From the human T2T-CHM13v2.0 reference genome, Homo sapiens, in NCBI RefSeq assembly GCF_009914755.1, contig NC_060942.1: 64,000 nt of DNA, one strand, 5' to 3'. Positions 1-13,655 of this stretch are shown here, piece after piece. The first letter of the stretch is position 1. Every line of letters starts with the position of its first letter. The position numbers were made by a program, and so were the translations under genes. The notes under the pieces are model-generated. The model had not been told where the DNA came from, searched no databases, and saw nothing but the letters and a program-made list of their open reading frames with translations.

Positions 1-115
1 ATAGTATGAGGATAAAAGTATCTACTTCTGCAGTTTTGTTATGTGGAACAAATTAACTAACGTAAATGAGAACAAGTTGCAACATGTAAGTCTAAGTGAA
101 TGTCAACTATTATTT
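1..115 (+). mobile_element. MIR SINE 3' fragment
   Basis: Degenerate match to the MIR 3' end (tacctacctca..gttgttgtgaggattaaatgag..aatgttagctattat pattern). Confidence 0.5.
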
Positions 116-638
116 GTAGCTTAGATTATAGTATTTTAGACTAAACAAAATTGTCTTCATTTTTTTAAAGCAATTTTACTGATTAAACTCCTGGAAAACA
201 TACGAAGATTTTGACTAAATTAAAGCTATAAAATTGAACAGGTACAATTCCCATAAGGGAATTTATTTCATAAAGCTTCTAGAGGAATGCCAACTATTAA
301 GGCCCTGGAGGGAACATTGGAAATGTATCCAGCTTCCAATTTCATAAGGTCCGTTTCCTCCCTGAAAGTCCAATAAAGCACTAGAAATCCTGAAGCCAAC
401 ATAGGTTTGTTTTTTCAATTAAAGGTTCTGGTGTTTTTATTCTCACCCCCTCAGGTTATCTCATTTCATCCTCTCTGAAAAAAAAAAAATCCCCTTTGGA
501 TTAAATTTCTAATGCTGACATTTTGATGTCAATCCATGTTATATTGGCCACTTATTGAATCCTGTCATTATTGGAGATTAAATGACTTTTAAACTTCAAC
601 TGAATTCAAAAAGAACTATAACTAGAATTGTTGGAAAT

Positions 639-919
639 TGTGAAAGTTGTCAGAATCAAATTTGTCACTTGTGTTAAAAAAAAAAACTAAACTAACAAAT
701 AGAGCTGGAGAAGGCTATGAAGAGAGAATTCTCATTTATAAATGCTTGGCAAAAATATTGTCATAGGAGACTGCAAAAACCACGAGCTTGCACAAAGGCC
801 ATTGCAATCTTACACAAAAAATACTTCTTCCTTGTGCGTCACCACTGCAACGTTCTATTTCCAAATAAATATAATTTTCTATTAAGAGAGCCTCTATCTG
901 TTTGTAATTTAGGTTGACA
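639..919 (+). mobile_element. ERV1 solo LTR of the MER39/MER34 group, internally deleted
   Basis: Starts tgtgaaagttgtcagaatcaaa, contains ctgcaaaaaccacgagcttgcacaaaggccattgcaatcttacac, ends aataaa...tttaggttgaca; TG..CA termini; near-TSD aaat/agat. Confidence 0.7.
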
Positions 920-1259
920 AGATTGATTCCTATTTGCATTCTTTTGCTGAAGATAACAGACTCCAAATCTGATGATAATCAATCTGTGTTCTTTATAAGT
1001 GATTTATGAGTTGAGTTAATAAAAAGCTATATTTTAATATGCACATTTTATTGCAAATGCTATCAATGTTTATTACAAAGATAAAAAAAGAAAATTACCT
1101 ATAGTCAAACTATCTTGAGATAACCATTTGCAAAATACTATTTACCATCTTATGTATAATGTTTTAAACAAAAATATAATCAGTATAATTATCTTGTTTT
1201 TTGTAAATTGATTGTTAAAATGTAATACATGTTTCGATGAAATTAAATGCAATACTAAC

Positions 1260-1930
1260 ATTTCATTATATTTGTTTCCAAATATTGGCTACTTAGAATG
1301 TTTTAGAAGTTTCTTTTTAAGCATGCTATGCTGGGCAAAGATGTATATTAATCTCTATGTCCTTAAGACTGATTTCCTGGAAGTGGAATTGCTACACCAA
1401 AAAATAAACGTAGTTTTAGAGATTTTGATGCAGATTACCAAATTGGCCTTCAGGTATTTTTTAATTTAATTATTTTACCAATGTCTCATACCTATAGTAG
1501 TTTGAGCTCATGACCATTTCTCTTTGACATAGCAACACTAGAATTGTCATTACTTCTAATCTTCTATAAAACACAGTGACATTGCTTTTACATATGTTTC
1601 TTTGATAAACGGCATGGTTCAGCATTGTTTTACGAGTTTATTGCTTTTGTTTTTGTACTTTTGTGAATTATCACTTAGAGCTTTTCCTTACATGATCATT
1701 TTAGGGTGTTGTGCTTTCTTATTAATATTTAAGTAATTTATTTTGATGGGTGCTGCTCCTTGGTATGAACAATATAGTGCAGTCATTTCGTCAGTTTATT
1801 TGCCTTTAACATGACTTAAGGTGTTTTAGACACACAGATAACTTATAATTGTAGGCAATAAATATATAACCATTGTCTTATTTATATCTTTTATATCAGA
1901 AAGAAACTCTCTACCGCAAAATATATATAA
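1260..1930 (-). mobile_element. Ancient L1 (L1ME-type) 3' region
   Basis: ttcctggaagtggaattgct...gattttgatgcagattaccaaattggccttc resembles antisense L1M 3' end; highly diverged. Confidence 0.6.
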
Positions 1931-2154
1931 TCAATTTCCCTTTGTGTTTTTATAATCATAAATAATTATAAATAATGACACAAATAATACGAGAAAATAT
2001 TCTTATTGTGAACAGTTCACACCCAACTGAAATATCTTATTGAGTGGAAGTTTCCCTTCAATACGAACCTCCCTTCCATTCTACTGACCACCCTAGAGAA
2101 AGCCACTGTACAAGAATCCAGATGGGTATGTATTCTTCATGATGAATTGCTATA

Positions 2155-2158
<4 letters not shown>

Positions 2159-2188
<30 letters not shown>

Positions 2189-2217
2189 CATACATACTTT
2201 TTTTTTCGGGGGGGGGC
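2159..2217. repeat. (TACA)n microsatellite followed by poly-T and poly-G runs
   Basis: tacatacatacatac... about 10 units, then T-run, c, G-run. Confidence 0.95.
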
Positions 2218-2524
2218 CTTTAGATTTACATATGTGTGCACCAAGAGGAGACAGAATGTAGTAACAGATTTATTACTTTGGAGAATATACGTCTACGTTT
2301 TTTACCAACTTTTGTCTTTGGTGGAGTTGGTTACCAATCTCTGTTATGAAACAATAGCTAGAATGCATAAAAGAAAAGGTAAAAGATAATATTTATGATG
2401 AATTTTTATCTTTTTACTACTATTTTTATATCTATTTTCTCATTATATAACAGTAATTTTTATAGGTGGCTAAGTCTTGCTGAGTTCCTTCATTACATTT
2501 CTTTTATCATTTAAAAATGTTTCC

Positions 2525-2814
2525 AGCCGGGCACGGTGGCTCACGCCTGTAATCCCAGCACTTTGGGAGGCCGAGGCAGGCAGATCACGAGGTCAGGAGA
2601 TCGAGACCAGCCTGGCTAACACAGTGAAACCCCATCTCTACTAAAAATACAAAAAATTAGCCCGGCATGGTGGTGGGCGCCTGTAGTCCCAGCTACTCAG
2701 GAGGCTGAGGCAGGAGAATGGCGTGAACCTGGGAGGCGAGAGGTTGCAGTGAGCCAAGATCGGGCCACTGCACTCCAGCCTGGGCAACAGCACAAGACTA
2801 TCTAAAAAAAAAAA
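2525..2814 (+). mobile_element. AluY-like SINE, full length
   Basis: gatcacgaggtcaggagatcgagacc, ctggctaacac, gaatggcgtgaacc diagnostics; poly(A); TSD aaaaatgtttcca at 2513-2525 and 2815-2827. Confidence 0.95.
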
Positions 2815-2939
2815 AAAAATGTTTCCATGGTTTAGCAACAATATATATCCAGTCACTGCAAAGAAAAATTGTTAAATAATTAAACTCACATATTTTATTT
2901 ACTGTATTATTGCAAACAGTGTTTTCACACTTTAATATG

Positions 2940-3298
2940 CAGACAATTCTCAATTTAGCAATTGTTCAACTTAAATTTTTCAACTTTTTGATGGTGCAAA
3001 AGTGATACACATTCAGTAGAAACTTTGAGTACCTATACAACCATTTTACTTTCAGTACATCATTCAATAAATTACCTGAAATATTCAACAGTATATTACA
3101 AAGTAAGCTTTCTGTTAGATGATTTTGCCAAACTGTAGGGTAACTAAGTGTTCCAAGCACGTTTCACATAGGCTAGGCTAAGCGATGATGTTCAGTAGGT
3201 TAGGTATATTAAATCCATTTTAGACTTAGTATATTTTCAACTTAGGATGGATTTATTGTAATGTAACCCACTAAGTTATGTAAGTCAAGGAACATCTG
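2940..3298 (-). mobile_element. MER47A (TcMar-Tigger MITE)
   Basis: ggctaggctaagcgatgatgttcagtaggttaggtatattaaat matches the MER47A reverse complement; cagac...catctg termini, TA at the right end. Confidence 0.8.
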
Positions 3299-3798
3299 TA
3301 TATTCTAGGTTCAATTATTTTTAAAAAATGTCTCGAATAGTTTAAAGGAAAGGATATTTTTCTTTATTCAGAAGAAAGGGACAGGGAACAAACTATATTC
3401 TGCACTTGAATCTTCCACCCAGATACGTGGTGTTTTGCATGGGTCTTATTCATTATGAGTAGAAAAGTCACAAGGACAAGTCTCTAGCTTGGCAGTAATA
3501 TGCCAAATTTACAGAAACATTGATATTTGTTCTCTACAACTCTAATCTCTTTCTGAAGTCTTTCTCATTTTAAAAAATTATTAACAAGGCAGTTGATTTA
3601 TCAGTGGTAGATACAGACTAAAGAGTAGTGTAATGAATGAAGGCTATTCCTATGATCATTAGGCATGAAGAAAATTGGAATTGGCCCTGATAAATCTTTC
3701 CTTCCAACGGATGAGAACATCTTTGGTATAGTAGCAACTTTCAGGGGAACTTTGAATAAGTGCTATTAAAAAAATATCTCAAGATGGATATTAAGTCA

Positions 3799-4254
3799 TG
3801 TACTCGTTTGCTAATTCTGCTGTAACAAGTTACCACAAACGGGGTGGACTAAATATGGACTAAATAAAGAAATGTATAGTCTTTCAGATTTGGATGCTAA
3901 AATCCAAGATTAAATTATCAGCAGGGTTAGTTCTTTGTGAGAGCTGTGAAAGAGAGTCTGCTCCATACTTCTTGCACAGCTTCTGGTGGTGTGCTGTCAA
4001 TCTTTGCCATTCCATGGCTTACCAACACATAACCCACATCTCTACTTTTATCTTCACATGGCCTTCTCACTCTGTGTGTGTCTGAACTCCATTTTATAAG
4101 GACACCAGTCATATTGAATTAGGATCCACCATAATGACCTCATCTTAATTAGTTACAGCAACAACAGTATTTTCAAATAAGGTCACATTCTGAAGTACTG
4201 AGGGGTAGGACCTCAACATCTGAGTTTTAAAGGGACACAATTCAATCTATAATA
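3799..4254 (-). mobile_element. MLT1C-like MaLR solo LTR
   Basis: gctgtaacaagttaccacaaac...ataaggacaccagtcatattg...aaataaggtcacattctgaagtactg...gacacaattcaa. Confidence 0.85.
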
Positions 4255-4629
4255 GTGTTTAAAAGTATTTCCATATATTTTACTTGTACAATATTTTGTA
4301 GCCCTTTCCTTTTCAAGACCTTCCTGTATATCTGTTATTCCTGTATATTCACCCATATAGAACCTTTTAATAATTTTTTACTAGGTGTTTACAATGCACA
4401 TTAAGAATCCAGTTAACCACTATGTTTCAGATTGAATTCTAAACAATAAAGAAAAAAGAGTCAAGGGTGATTAGGGCTCTATTCTCATTCACACAACTAA
4501 TTCAATTGTGCTTTAATATATCTTTTATTCTATATTTCTGCACAATAAGTATTTTTAAAAGGGGTTTCACTGCTTTAAAAACATGAGAAATAATAAAATT
4601 CAAAATCAAATTTTAACATTAGGGAATTC

Positions 4630-4752
4630 GTGGAGATAACATGTTCTGGAATTAGAGAACAATAATGGTTTTATGATTTTGTAATAAACCATTGAATTGT
4701 ACACTTTAAAGAGTGAATTTTATAGTATATGAATTATATCTCAGTTTTAAAA
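4630..4752 (+). mobile_element. L1M (L1MB/MC-type) 3' end fragment
   Basis: gttctggaattag...ccattgaattgtacactttaaa..gtgaattttatagtatatgaattatatctca. Confidence 0.7.
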
Positions 4753-4802
4753 TGCTTATAAAATCTCAGGAGAAAAGCAGGATATAAAACTATGTACAAG
4801 TA

Positions 4803-5339
4803 CAGTAGTCCTCCCTTATATGTAAGGAATACATTCCAGATTCTCCAGTGGATGCCTGAAACCAAGGATAGTACTGAACCCTGTCTATATTAGGGTTTTT
4901 CAAATACTGTACATAGCTATCTATGATAAACTTTACTTTATAAATTAGGCACAGTAAGAAATGAACACTAGCTAATAATAAAATAGAAAAATTATAGCAA
5001 TATATGATAAAAGTTATATAAATGTGGTCTCTCTTTCAAAATATCTTACTGCACTGTAATACTTGTGATCTGTCAATCTGTTAACTAAGACTGCTACTAA
5101 ATGACTAATGGGCAGATAGCATAGACACTATGGATACAATGGACAAAGGGATCATTCATATCCCAGGTGGGATGGAGTGGGATGGTGCAAGACTTCATCA
5201 TGCTACTCAGAATGACATGTACCTTAAAATTTATGAATTACTCATTTCTGAAATTTTCCATTTAATATTTTCAGACCATGGTTGACCACTGGCAACTGAA
5301 ACCACAGAAAGTGAAACCATGATTAAGGAGGGACTACTG
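4803..5339 (-). mobile_element. MER44B (Tigger7-derived MITE)
   Basis: TIRs cagtagtcctccctta / taaggagggactactg flanked by TA on both sides; internal MER44 sequence. Confidence 0.88.
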
Positions 5340-5539
5340 TACATTATAAGTCTAATATTGTCCCCCTTGGAAAGAAAAAGAAAAGGCAAAAACCACAAAC
5401 AACACCAAAACCACTAGGTACTGACCTTTAACACATCAAGTATTATCCTTTAGGCTAGATTACTTAGATTCCCTTAAACGCTGCATTACACTTACTAAAA
5501 TTCTTATATCATTCTTACATCATTCCTTCTTAGACTGTA

Positions 5540-5655
5540 TTAGATTATAATCTTCTCTTCTTTGAAGAAGATACTGTGTCTTATCTTTTCATTTCTTGCA
5601 AAGCCTTAGAGATTGGCTGAAACATAACAGCTATTCAATAAATATCTGTTAATGA
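5540..5655 (+). mobile_element. L2 3' end fragment
   Basis: tagattataatc...tgtgtcttatc...ttcaataaatatctgttaatgaa. Confidence 0.55.
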
Positions 5656-5679
5656 AAGTCACACTAGTGACTTTAGACT

Positions 5680-5910
5680 CTTAAGAGCTTAAGTTTTGAA
5701 AGTAGCCACATCTGGATGCAATTCGGGTCCAGCCACTTTGTGGCCAGGTGATTTAAAAAGGTTTGTAAATCTTATTAGGCCTAAAAAAAATGAAGCCGAA
5801 ATAATATCACCTATTTCAGAGAGTTTTGATAAGGATAATATGTAATAATGTATGTAGTGTTTGCTATTATATAGTAAATGCTCAATAAAAGCTATGTATT
5901 ACTACTATTA
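5680..5910 (+). mobile_element. MIR SINE
   Basis: ttaagagc...ccagccactt...aaaatg..ataatatcacctatttcagagagttttgataaggat...tagtaaatgctcaataaa. Confidence 0.7.
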
Positions 5911-6713
5911 ATGATAGAATTATCATTGGTTATTGACTATCCTCCATGAATTATGTAATTTTAAATATTATATCTTCCTCACTTTCAAAGCAGATGTTCT
6001 TTATTTAATTGATTGTTTTAGCTAGATAACTCTTTATCAACATTCACTCATTCAGTCAAGTAGTCAATTAATATTTCTTGCACATTATGTAGCTTCTGGG
6101 CTAAGTCAGATGTCTGTGCCCTTGTTCTGGCATCAACTTTTGGCACTGTGCCTGTTCATTCTGGTTTCTAGCACTAAGCCAGCTGTCTTTGTTCCCAGTG
6201 ACATGGACTTCATGGTTTGTTCTGTCTCCAACTTTGATCTATTTGTTATTAAGCCCTCCTGGCTTATATGTCAGTTTGCCTTATCACTAGCCCCAGGGTT
6301 TATAGCCTTTGGTTTGTGGTTAGAATTAACGAAGTGATTTAGAGTTCAAATCAGATGTGAAGCTTCTTGATCTAGTCAACTTCCTGGATCTATTACCTAT
6401 CTATTACTTCCCTATCTATTACCTTTAATGCCACTCAATTCTCATCCACTCCAGGAAGCATATTGGAATGCAAATGAGTAAAGTTATCATAGGAATAACT
6501 TTTAATTTTTTGAATATATGTTTTCTCATTTAGATTATGAAATGTATGCTCTATTGACATAAACCTTGATATCTAAGGTTTATTTATTCTATCTGGTAAG
6601 TCTGTTAGCACAGTAGCCAAATAAAATTAATTTTATAGTCCCAAATTCTGTCTTCTAAAGCAATAGTACCACCCTGTCCTTTATCTCTTTAAGGAACTAT
6701 TAAAACAAGCATC

Positions 6714-6992
6714 TTGTTAGTCCAAAGGATACAAAATTGCAGTTAGACAGGAGGAATAAGTTCAAAAGAACTATTGTACAGCATGGTGACTACAGTTAAT
6801 TACAATATATGGTATTCTTGAAAAATGCTAAGAGAATGGATATTGAGTATTCTCACCACAAAATAACTATGTGAGGTAATACATTTGTTAATTTGCTACA
6901 TTTAACTATTTACAATGTAAATATACTTTGAAACATGTTATACACAATAAATACATACAATTTAATCTGTCATTTCAAAAAATAAATTAAAA
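6714..6992 (+). mobile_element. L1MA8/9-type 3' end
   Basis: aaggatacaaaattgcagttagacaggaggaataagttc...tattgtacagcatggtgactacagttaat...ctatgtgaggtaat. Confidence 0.85.
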
Positions 6993-8123
6993 CTTATAGT
7001 AAATGTTTCTTATTTTCACTAATTTCTGTATGGTAGTAGAATATGATTTCCGGTCCTCGTTTTATTGGTCTGTCCACCTATTCATCTATTCACCAGTCTA
7101 TGTATCTTACCTATTTAAATCCAGAAGCCAATTGATGTCCCTAGGAACACCCTAGTCATTAAGAGTAGAAATGTTTCAGACCCTTCATCAGCTGATTCAA
7201 TCTTCTGTACATTTGCCTCTGGCTCATACTTCTTATAGCCTCACTGAGAAGGGCAGTGTCCATACTCAGATACCAGATTTAAAATTCTGATCATTTTAAA
7301 CTCATCATTGGAATTTTGCAACCAAATAATTAAGAATTGAGGTTTTTGTTTTATCCTTGCCAAACTTTCTCACTTTTTTTCCATGTTTTCTTCTGCAGTT
7401 GTTAGATTTTATAAACATTTGTCATGGGAACAAAGTCAAAGCTCAGCATTCTTCGCATTGCTGAGAAATAAATGGGAATGACTATCACTGGCCTGGGACA
7501 AAGAGAAAAAGAATACACTATTAAATATAGTTTCAGAATGTTTTTATCTGCTGTATAATATACTTCCTTTTATATAATTATTTAAGCCAAGTGTGAAAGA
7601 TAAAAACACTCAAAAATCCTGTCTCTGAAATGTCAAAGTGCACAGAAGTGGTACATCTGTTTACACCAGTCTGAATTGGCTTGGATGAATCTTTTCATGG
7701 CTCTGTTTTCTGTCATTTGTGAACTATGCAAGCTGTTGGCAGGCATTTTATACCCAATTCTGCCATTCTGGCTTAAATGTTATGACAGGACCTTAATTCC
7801 CAAGCAGAGCTTCCCAAACATTTCCATCTCTTTGTCTCCACTTGAGTCTACATGGAATCAAAATCAGTAGCAAAGAACTAGCAATTATGAAATATGTGAG
7901 CCTGTTTGCACCATAGGGTGCTTGATTATCAACAATGCTAATTATTATGTTCTGTGTCCCCAACAAGAAGTGCTTTCAACTGAACAATATCACTGTATTG
8001 GTTTCTGACCCCTGCTCCCCAAACATTACATAAATTAGGCTCATTTACCTCGTAAAGAATAGGAACATGTTCCAGGTGTTTCAGTTAGTGGGGTTTAGGG
8101 AGATATATGTGTGTGTATGTATA

Positions 8124-8179
8124 TATTTCTCTCTAAAGTCTATTTGCATTACTTCTGAATCCTTTCTTGGTCTGTCTGT

Positions 8180-8211
<32 letters not shown>

Positions 8212-8285
8212 CCACCAAGAAAGAGACCTAGAGAGAGACCAAGAAAGGATTCAGAAGTAATGCAAATAGACTTTAGAGAGAAATA
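8124..8285. repeat. Perfect 50-bp inverted repeat (arms 8124-8173 and 8236-8285) with 62-nt CT-rich spacer
   Basis: tatttctctctaaagtctatttgcattacttctgaatcctttcttggtct is the exact reverse complement of agaccaagaaaggattcagaagtaatgcaaatagactttagagagaaata. Confidence 0.97.
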
Positions 8286-9131
8286 GACAGTAATTCAGGG
8301 TATATCAATGGTTTTATTAGGGTGACACAAGCTGTCAAGTTTTAACAGTGGTTCTGTGAATAATCATGTCCTCAGAAGCAGACATTTGTTGTGTTCTAAG
8401 CCCTAGAGTCTCTCTTTATTTTGGTTTCTGACAACTCCGTGAAGCAACTCAGACTTATCCAGGGTGCTATGCCACTGCAGGTAACACAAGTCTGTTGAGT
8501 TCTCATTCTAAACTACCAACCCAGTTCCTGGCCAGCCCATGGGTGCTGTTCCAGTTAGCTCTGGGGGAAGGTCCAGTCACATGGTACAAAACATGATAGC
8601 CTATAAATAAGAAACCTTGCTAAGAAGCCAGACCACAATTTCTATGGCAAGTCTTAAAAAATTATATCAAGTGAAGAGACAGTATTCAAGAGAGTGATTT
8701 AAATTTTGTAGCACTAGCAATAAAAAATGATTTACACTCTAGTTTAAATTAAGGATGCCAACTTTTTTCAATAGGAAAACTGTGATATAGGTATAGAATA
8801 TCTTAGGCTCTTTTTCCTGCTATCTGTTGTTTCTTCTACAAGCTTCTAGAAAAAATGTCCAAGCCTGTTTCTGGCTGAACATCACTAAGCACATCAAAAA
8901 TTTAACATATAACATATTTTCTAAAAATTATAAAAATTATACATTTATACAAAGAGTACAATAAGAGTTTCTGATGAAACTATAAATAGTGGGGCCATTT
9001 TTAGGGAGTAGGGACCCGGGGGCAACATATGGGTTTATGTTAAAGGGGTTAGGTAAAGACAGGAAGTGTATCTATATTGGGTTGTGTTGGTGGGTCAATT
9101 CCAAATACCTCCTTTCTCCTTTGTCTTGTCA

Positions 9132-9652
<521 letters not shown>

Positions 9653-10228
9653 CACAATTTTCCCTCTCGTGCTGTAATAAATAAAAGAGAATATGAAAGA
9701 TCTTCTTGAAACAATATTTTCTTTGTCTAATCAAAACGTAACAGTTTAACCTTAATATAGACAGGAATAACTATGAAATTCTTATTTAACATAATAGGCT
9801 GAAAATATTTTTCAAATGTGTACTCTCTGTTGCACATTCTATTGGATTTGGATGGAAATGTAAGCCTTTTCTAATGCATAGGATTCCTTCTAGAGATGTA
9901 TTAGGGAAGCATTAGCACAGAGACTCACATGATACATGGCATGAAAAGGTAATTTCCAAAGATGACTTTGAAGCAACCCGTAGCAAATCACATTGGGTGT
10001 CATAACTTTCTCATGTGTTCTAAATGTTCCTTGCTAAAAAATGGCTTTTGTCAGTCAAGGATAGGCAGGAACACCCTAAAATTACTAAGGGTTGTTTCCC
10101 CTGAATTTCTGCATGATCTGACCCCAAATTCAACAGATCTTTAAAACTCCATTGGATATTAGAATAGAGGAAGAACACATTTCATGTGTTAACTGGATGC
10201 AGTGTCTTCAACTTCATGCAATGAATGA

Positions 10229-10564
<336 letters not shown>

Positions 10565-11419
10565 TTACAACATGTTAACAACAGAATAGTGCTCTGCTGC
10601 CTCCAACTTGAGACTACTCCTGAGACAACTCTTGGAACACCTCTAAAAATGTCAGCATCTTCCTAAGTACAATTGTCTTTGTTTCTTGTTGAACTACTAT
10701 TAAGCCACTCTTTCCTGGACAAAGTATGGGTACATGGGTTGATATACCAATATCAGAATTTAGACAACAGAGTAGAAAACTAGGTATATTATGATTTGTG
10801 TTCTTAATGGAAGCATTCCTCATGTGCACTCAAACATGCATCTTTTGTTTGTTTGCATATCAGCCATATAATTATTTTATAAAAATAAATGGAAATGTCT
10901 CATACTTAAGATTTTTGAAGCAGAGCAGAAGTACAGTATAAGGGAAACCAAAAAAGATTTGATTGAGTGAAAGATTAATGCACATAAATAGGTGGATAAA
11001 GTTGATGAATCAGATAATTTTGTCTTTGATTTAGGTGGTAATCTGAGGAGAATAATAAACCTTTTTTGGCATCAATAATACTGTACTTGGAAAACTCACT
11101 TCAAATGGAACCATTTAAGTGGAATTTAAAATTATATTTTAAGTGGGACATTAAAATGGAGTGAGAGTTCAGCTAAGAGAAAAAATATCTTGATTGTGGG
11201 AGCCCTTGGAACCATGCCAAATTAGGAAGAGTCAACCGAAAGGAGCATTCTAAGTGAGGCAAGAAAAAGGTGTAGAATGGGCATCAGGATAGAAACTAGG
11301 ATTCTAGTTTAATCACTTTTTTGAAATATTATATTGGAGAAGAAGATTAAATAATATGAAACAAAAATCACAGCAAAGTGAGTAATGAAAAGTTTGGAGA
11401 CATAGACTGGCTTAATAGT

Positions 11420-11560
11420 GAGAGGAATTTTCTAAGCATTAGAGTTGTCCCAGTGGAATACATTGTTCTAACAATTTGAGAATTAGTGAATTCTCTATCA
11501 CTAGTACTGATTAAAGAGAAATTACTTGACAATATTTTGGAAATATTGCAGAAAATAGTA
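11420..11560 (+). mobile_element. L3/CR1 3' fragment
   Basis: gaattttctaagcattagagttgtccc..tggaa...tagtgaattctctatcactag resembles the L3 3' end. Confidence 0.5.
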
Positions 11561-13514
11561 ATGTTGTAGAAGAAATTAATATAGTAGTAAAAATATATAG
11601 TATTTAGCATTATTTCTAAGATTTTATTTTATCTTTATATTAGATTTGTCTATAGCTGGACTGGGAATTCTTTGAGGTTACTGTCTTTACCCAGTACATT
11701 TTAAAAATTTTCTTCAAAATTGCTTAAAGCAGTGTGCTTTATACATAAGCATTTGACTCTTGATTGGTTAATCTGTGTTAGACAAAAGTTGTTACTAATG
11801 ACAAAGTTTCACTACAGTGCCTCAAGTTTGTGCATGTGACTATATCTTAGGACAGCGCTTTGGGACCTTCTAGACACTCCTCTGGCTTTAGTCGTGCCTT
11901 TCATTTTTTATCAAGCTTTCTTTCCACTTATTGACTAGTGTATCCTTTAGGAATATGTTGTCATTCCTCTACTTTAGTTTCATGGCCCAACACTTACTGT
12001 AACTGAACTTTTGGAGTGAGGCTATGATCACGTCCTTCATTACTCAGCTTAGCTCCTTAGCCCACCATTGTTTCCTCCCATTATAAGAAACTGTGTACAG
12101 AATTAATCCATTTCAATTAGTGGCCTGTCAATTCAGTGATGGCCATTTAAAAAAAATTAGTTCTAGACCTACATCCACATATATTCAATAATTTGAATCC
12201 AAGTATAAGAGCAACATCATAAGACAGAAATAGAAAACCCATTTCTAATAGTGAAATCATTATACAGTAATAAGGATTGTAAGTCACTCCTTTTACAGTG
12301 TATTTTAGATTGTTATTTTGTACTTTTGACAACCAGGAAAAATCATGAATTTCTTTTTCAGAGGCTGCTGTATAGTCAGTCCTTTGGTTTCTGTTTGTTG
12401 AATCTATTTGACTAGTTGGTTGCATGGAGACATAAGAAGGCTCAGCATCCATGTGCTGGTGGCATTGGATAGCAACGCTCAGCTGCAGCTATGCCGCTTA
12501 TTTGACAAGTTGCGTGTGCACCTTTAGAAGCCTGGATTGATATTAAACTAAAAATAATGTTTCTATTTACTTAGATTAGATTTTTTTCACTTTGTTAGAT
12601 TATTTTGAAACTATTTCTTCTTTGAGTCATTATAAGATAGTTACTATGTCCAATAATAGGACATATGAATAAAGTGTCTGACTATCTTATTACTTTACAG
12701 AGTAAGAGGTAAAAACAAACAAACAAGCTTGGAATTTCCATCAGATTTTTGAATAAATGGTAAAGCATGTAGACAATCTCATGATGATGTTCATGATAAC
12801 AATTATGATGAAGGTGATGCCGATCATGATAGGTGTGCATACAGACCTGAGATAAGATGATAAGTTTCAATCATTTTGTGGCTTAGTGCTAAACACTTTC
12901 AAGCTCATCAACTAAATTTGCCTAGAAAAGTTAAGCAAGCCTTCTAGAAAACGTAAGCTATTCTCAATCTATGAGGCATGAGAATGTCCTGGTGTGTATT
13001 TTCAAAACATTCCTAAATTTTCATTTCTTCCCTCATCTGTTTTATGCAAAAGTTTCTCTATAACTGATAGAACCTTTGTATAAGACTTGCTACTGACTGA
13101 CAGGCAAGAGAAAAATCTTCCTACAATAATAGATATGCTTTGTTAATTCAAAGTTGAGTCCCATATTGAAAGAACCTTGAGCAAAAATGACATATAATAC
13201 AAGTGAAGTAGGATGCTCCACTTTGATGAGAGTTCACTTACTAAAATACAGTCAAGTTCAAGTGTGCTTGAGAGTCTGGAGGAATAGTTTGGTAGAAATC
13301 TGTTTGCATCAGGATCTACGGAGCTTCCTGGGAAAAGAGGTCTAGAAACAGCAAGCTTGAGTCTGTAACAAAGTTAGTTTCCTAAAGAGAAGTCCATCGT
13401 TCTAAGTACATAGTCTGAAATCAGGAATGTGCCCATGACCTGATCCACCGCAATGTACAGGATTAGAAGCAGAGGAGCCACAGAGTCACAATTTAATAAT
13501 CAAATCTACTAAGG

Positions 13515-13655
13515 CCAAGATTCTTAAATCTTAACTTGCATGTGAATGGCCTCAGGATTTCGTTAAAATGCAGATTCTATTTCAGTAGGTAGGTTGGGCC
13601 AGGTGATGCTAATGACTCTATGTTCCAGAGAATCCAGGTTCTCCAGTGTTAGGAT
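13515..13655. mobile_element. MER5A/B (hAT-Charlie MITE)
   Basis: gttaaaatgcagattct...tcagtaggt...ccaggtgatgctaatg. Confidence 0.7.

Noticed and set aside
6110-6337. 75-aa ORF with a signal-peptide-like hydrophobic N-terminus
   Set aside because: Weak Kozak context, no recognisable homology or promoter; T-rich DNA often yields hydrophobic ORFs by chance.
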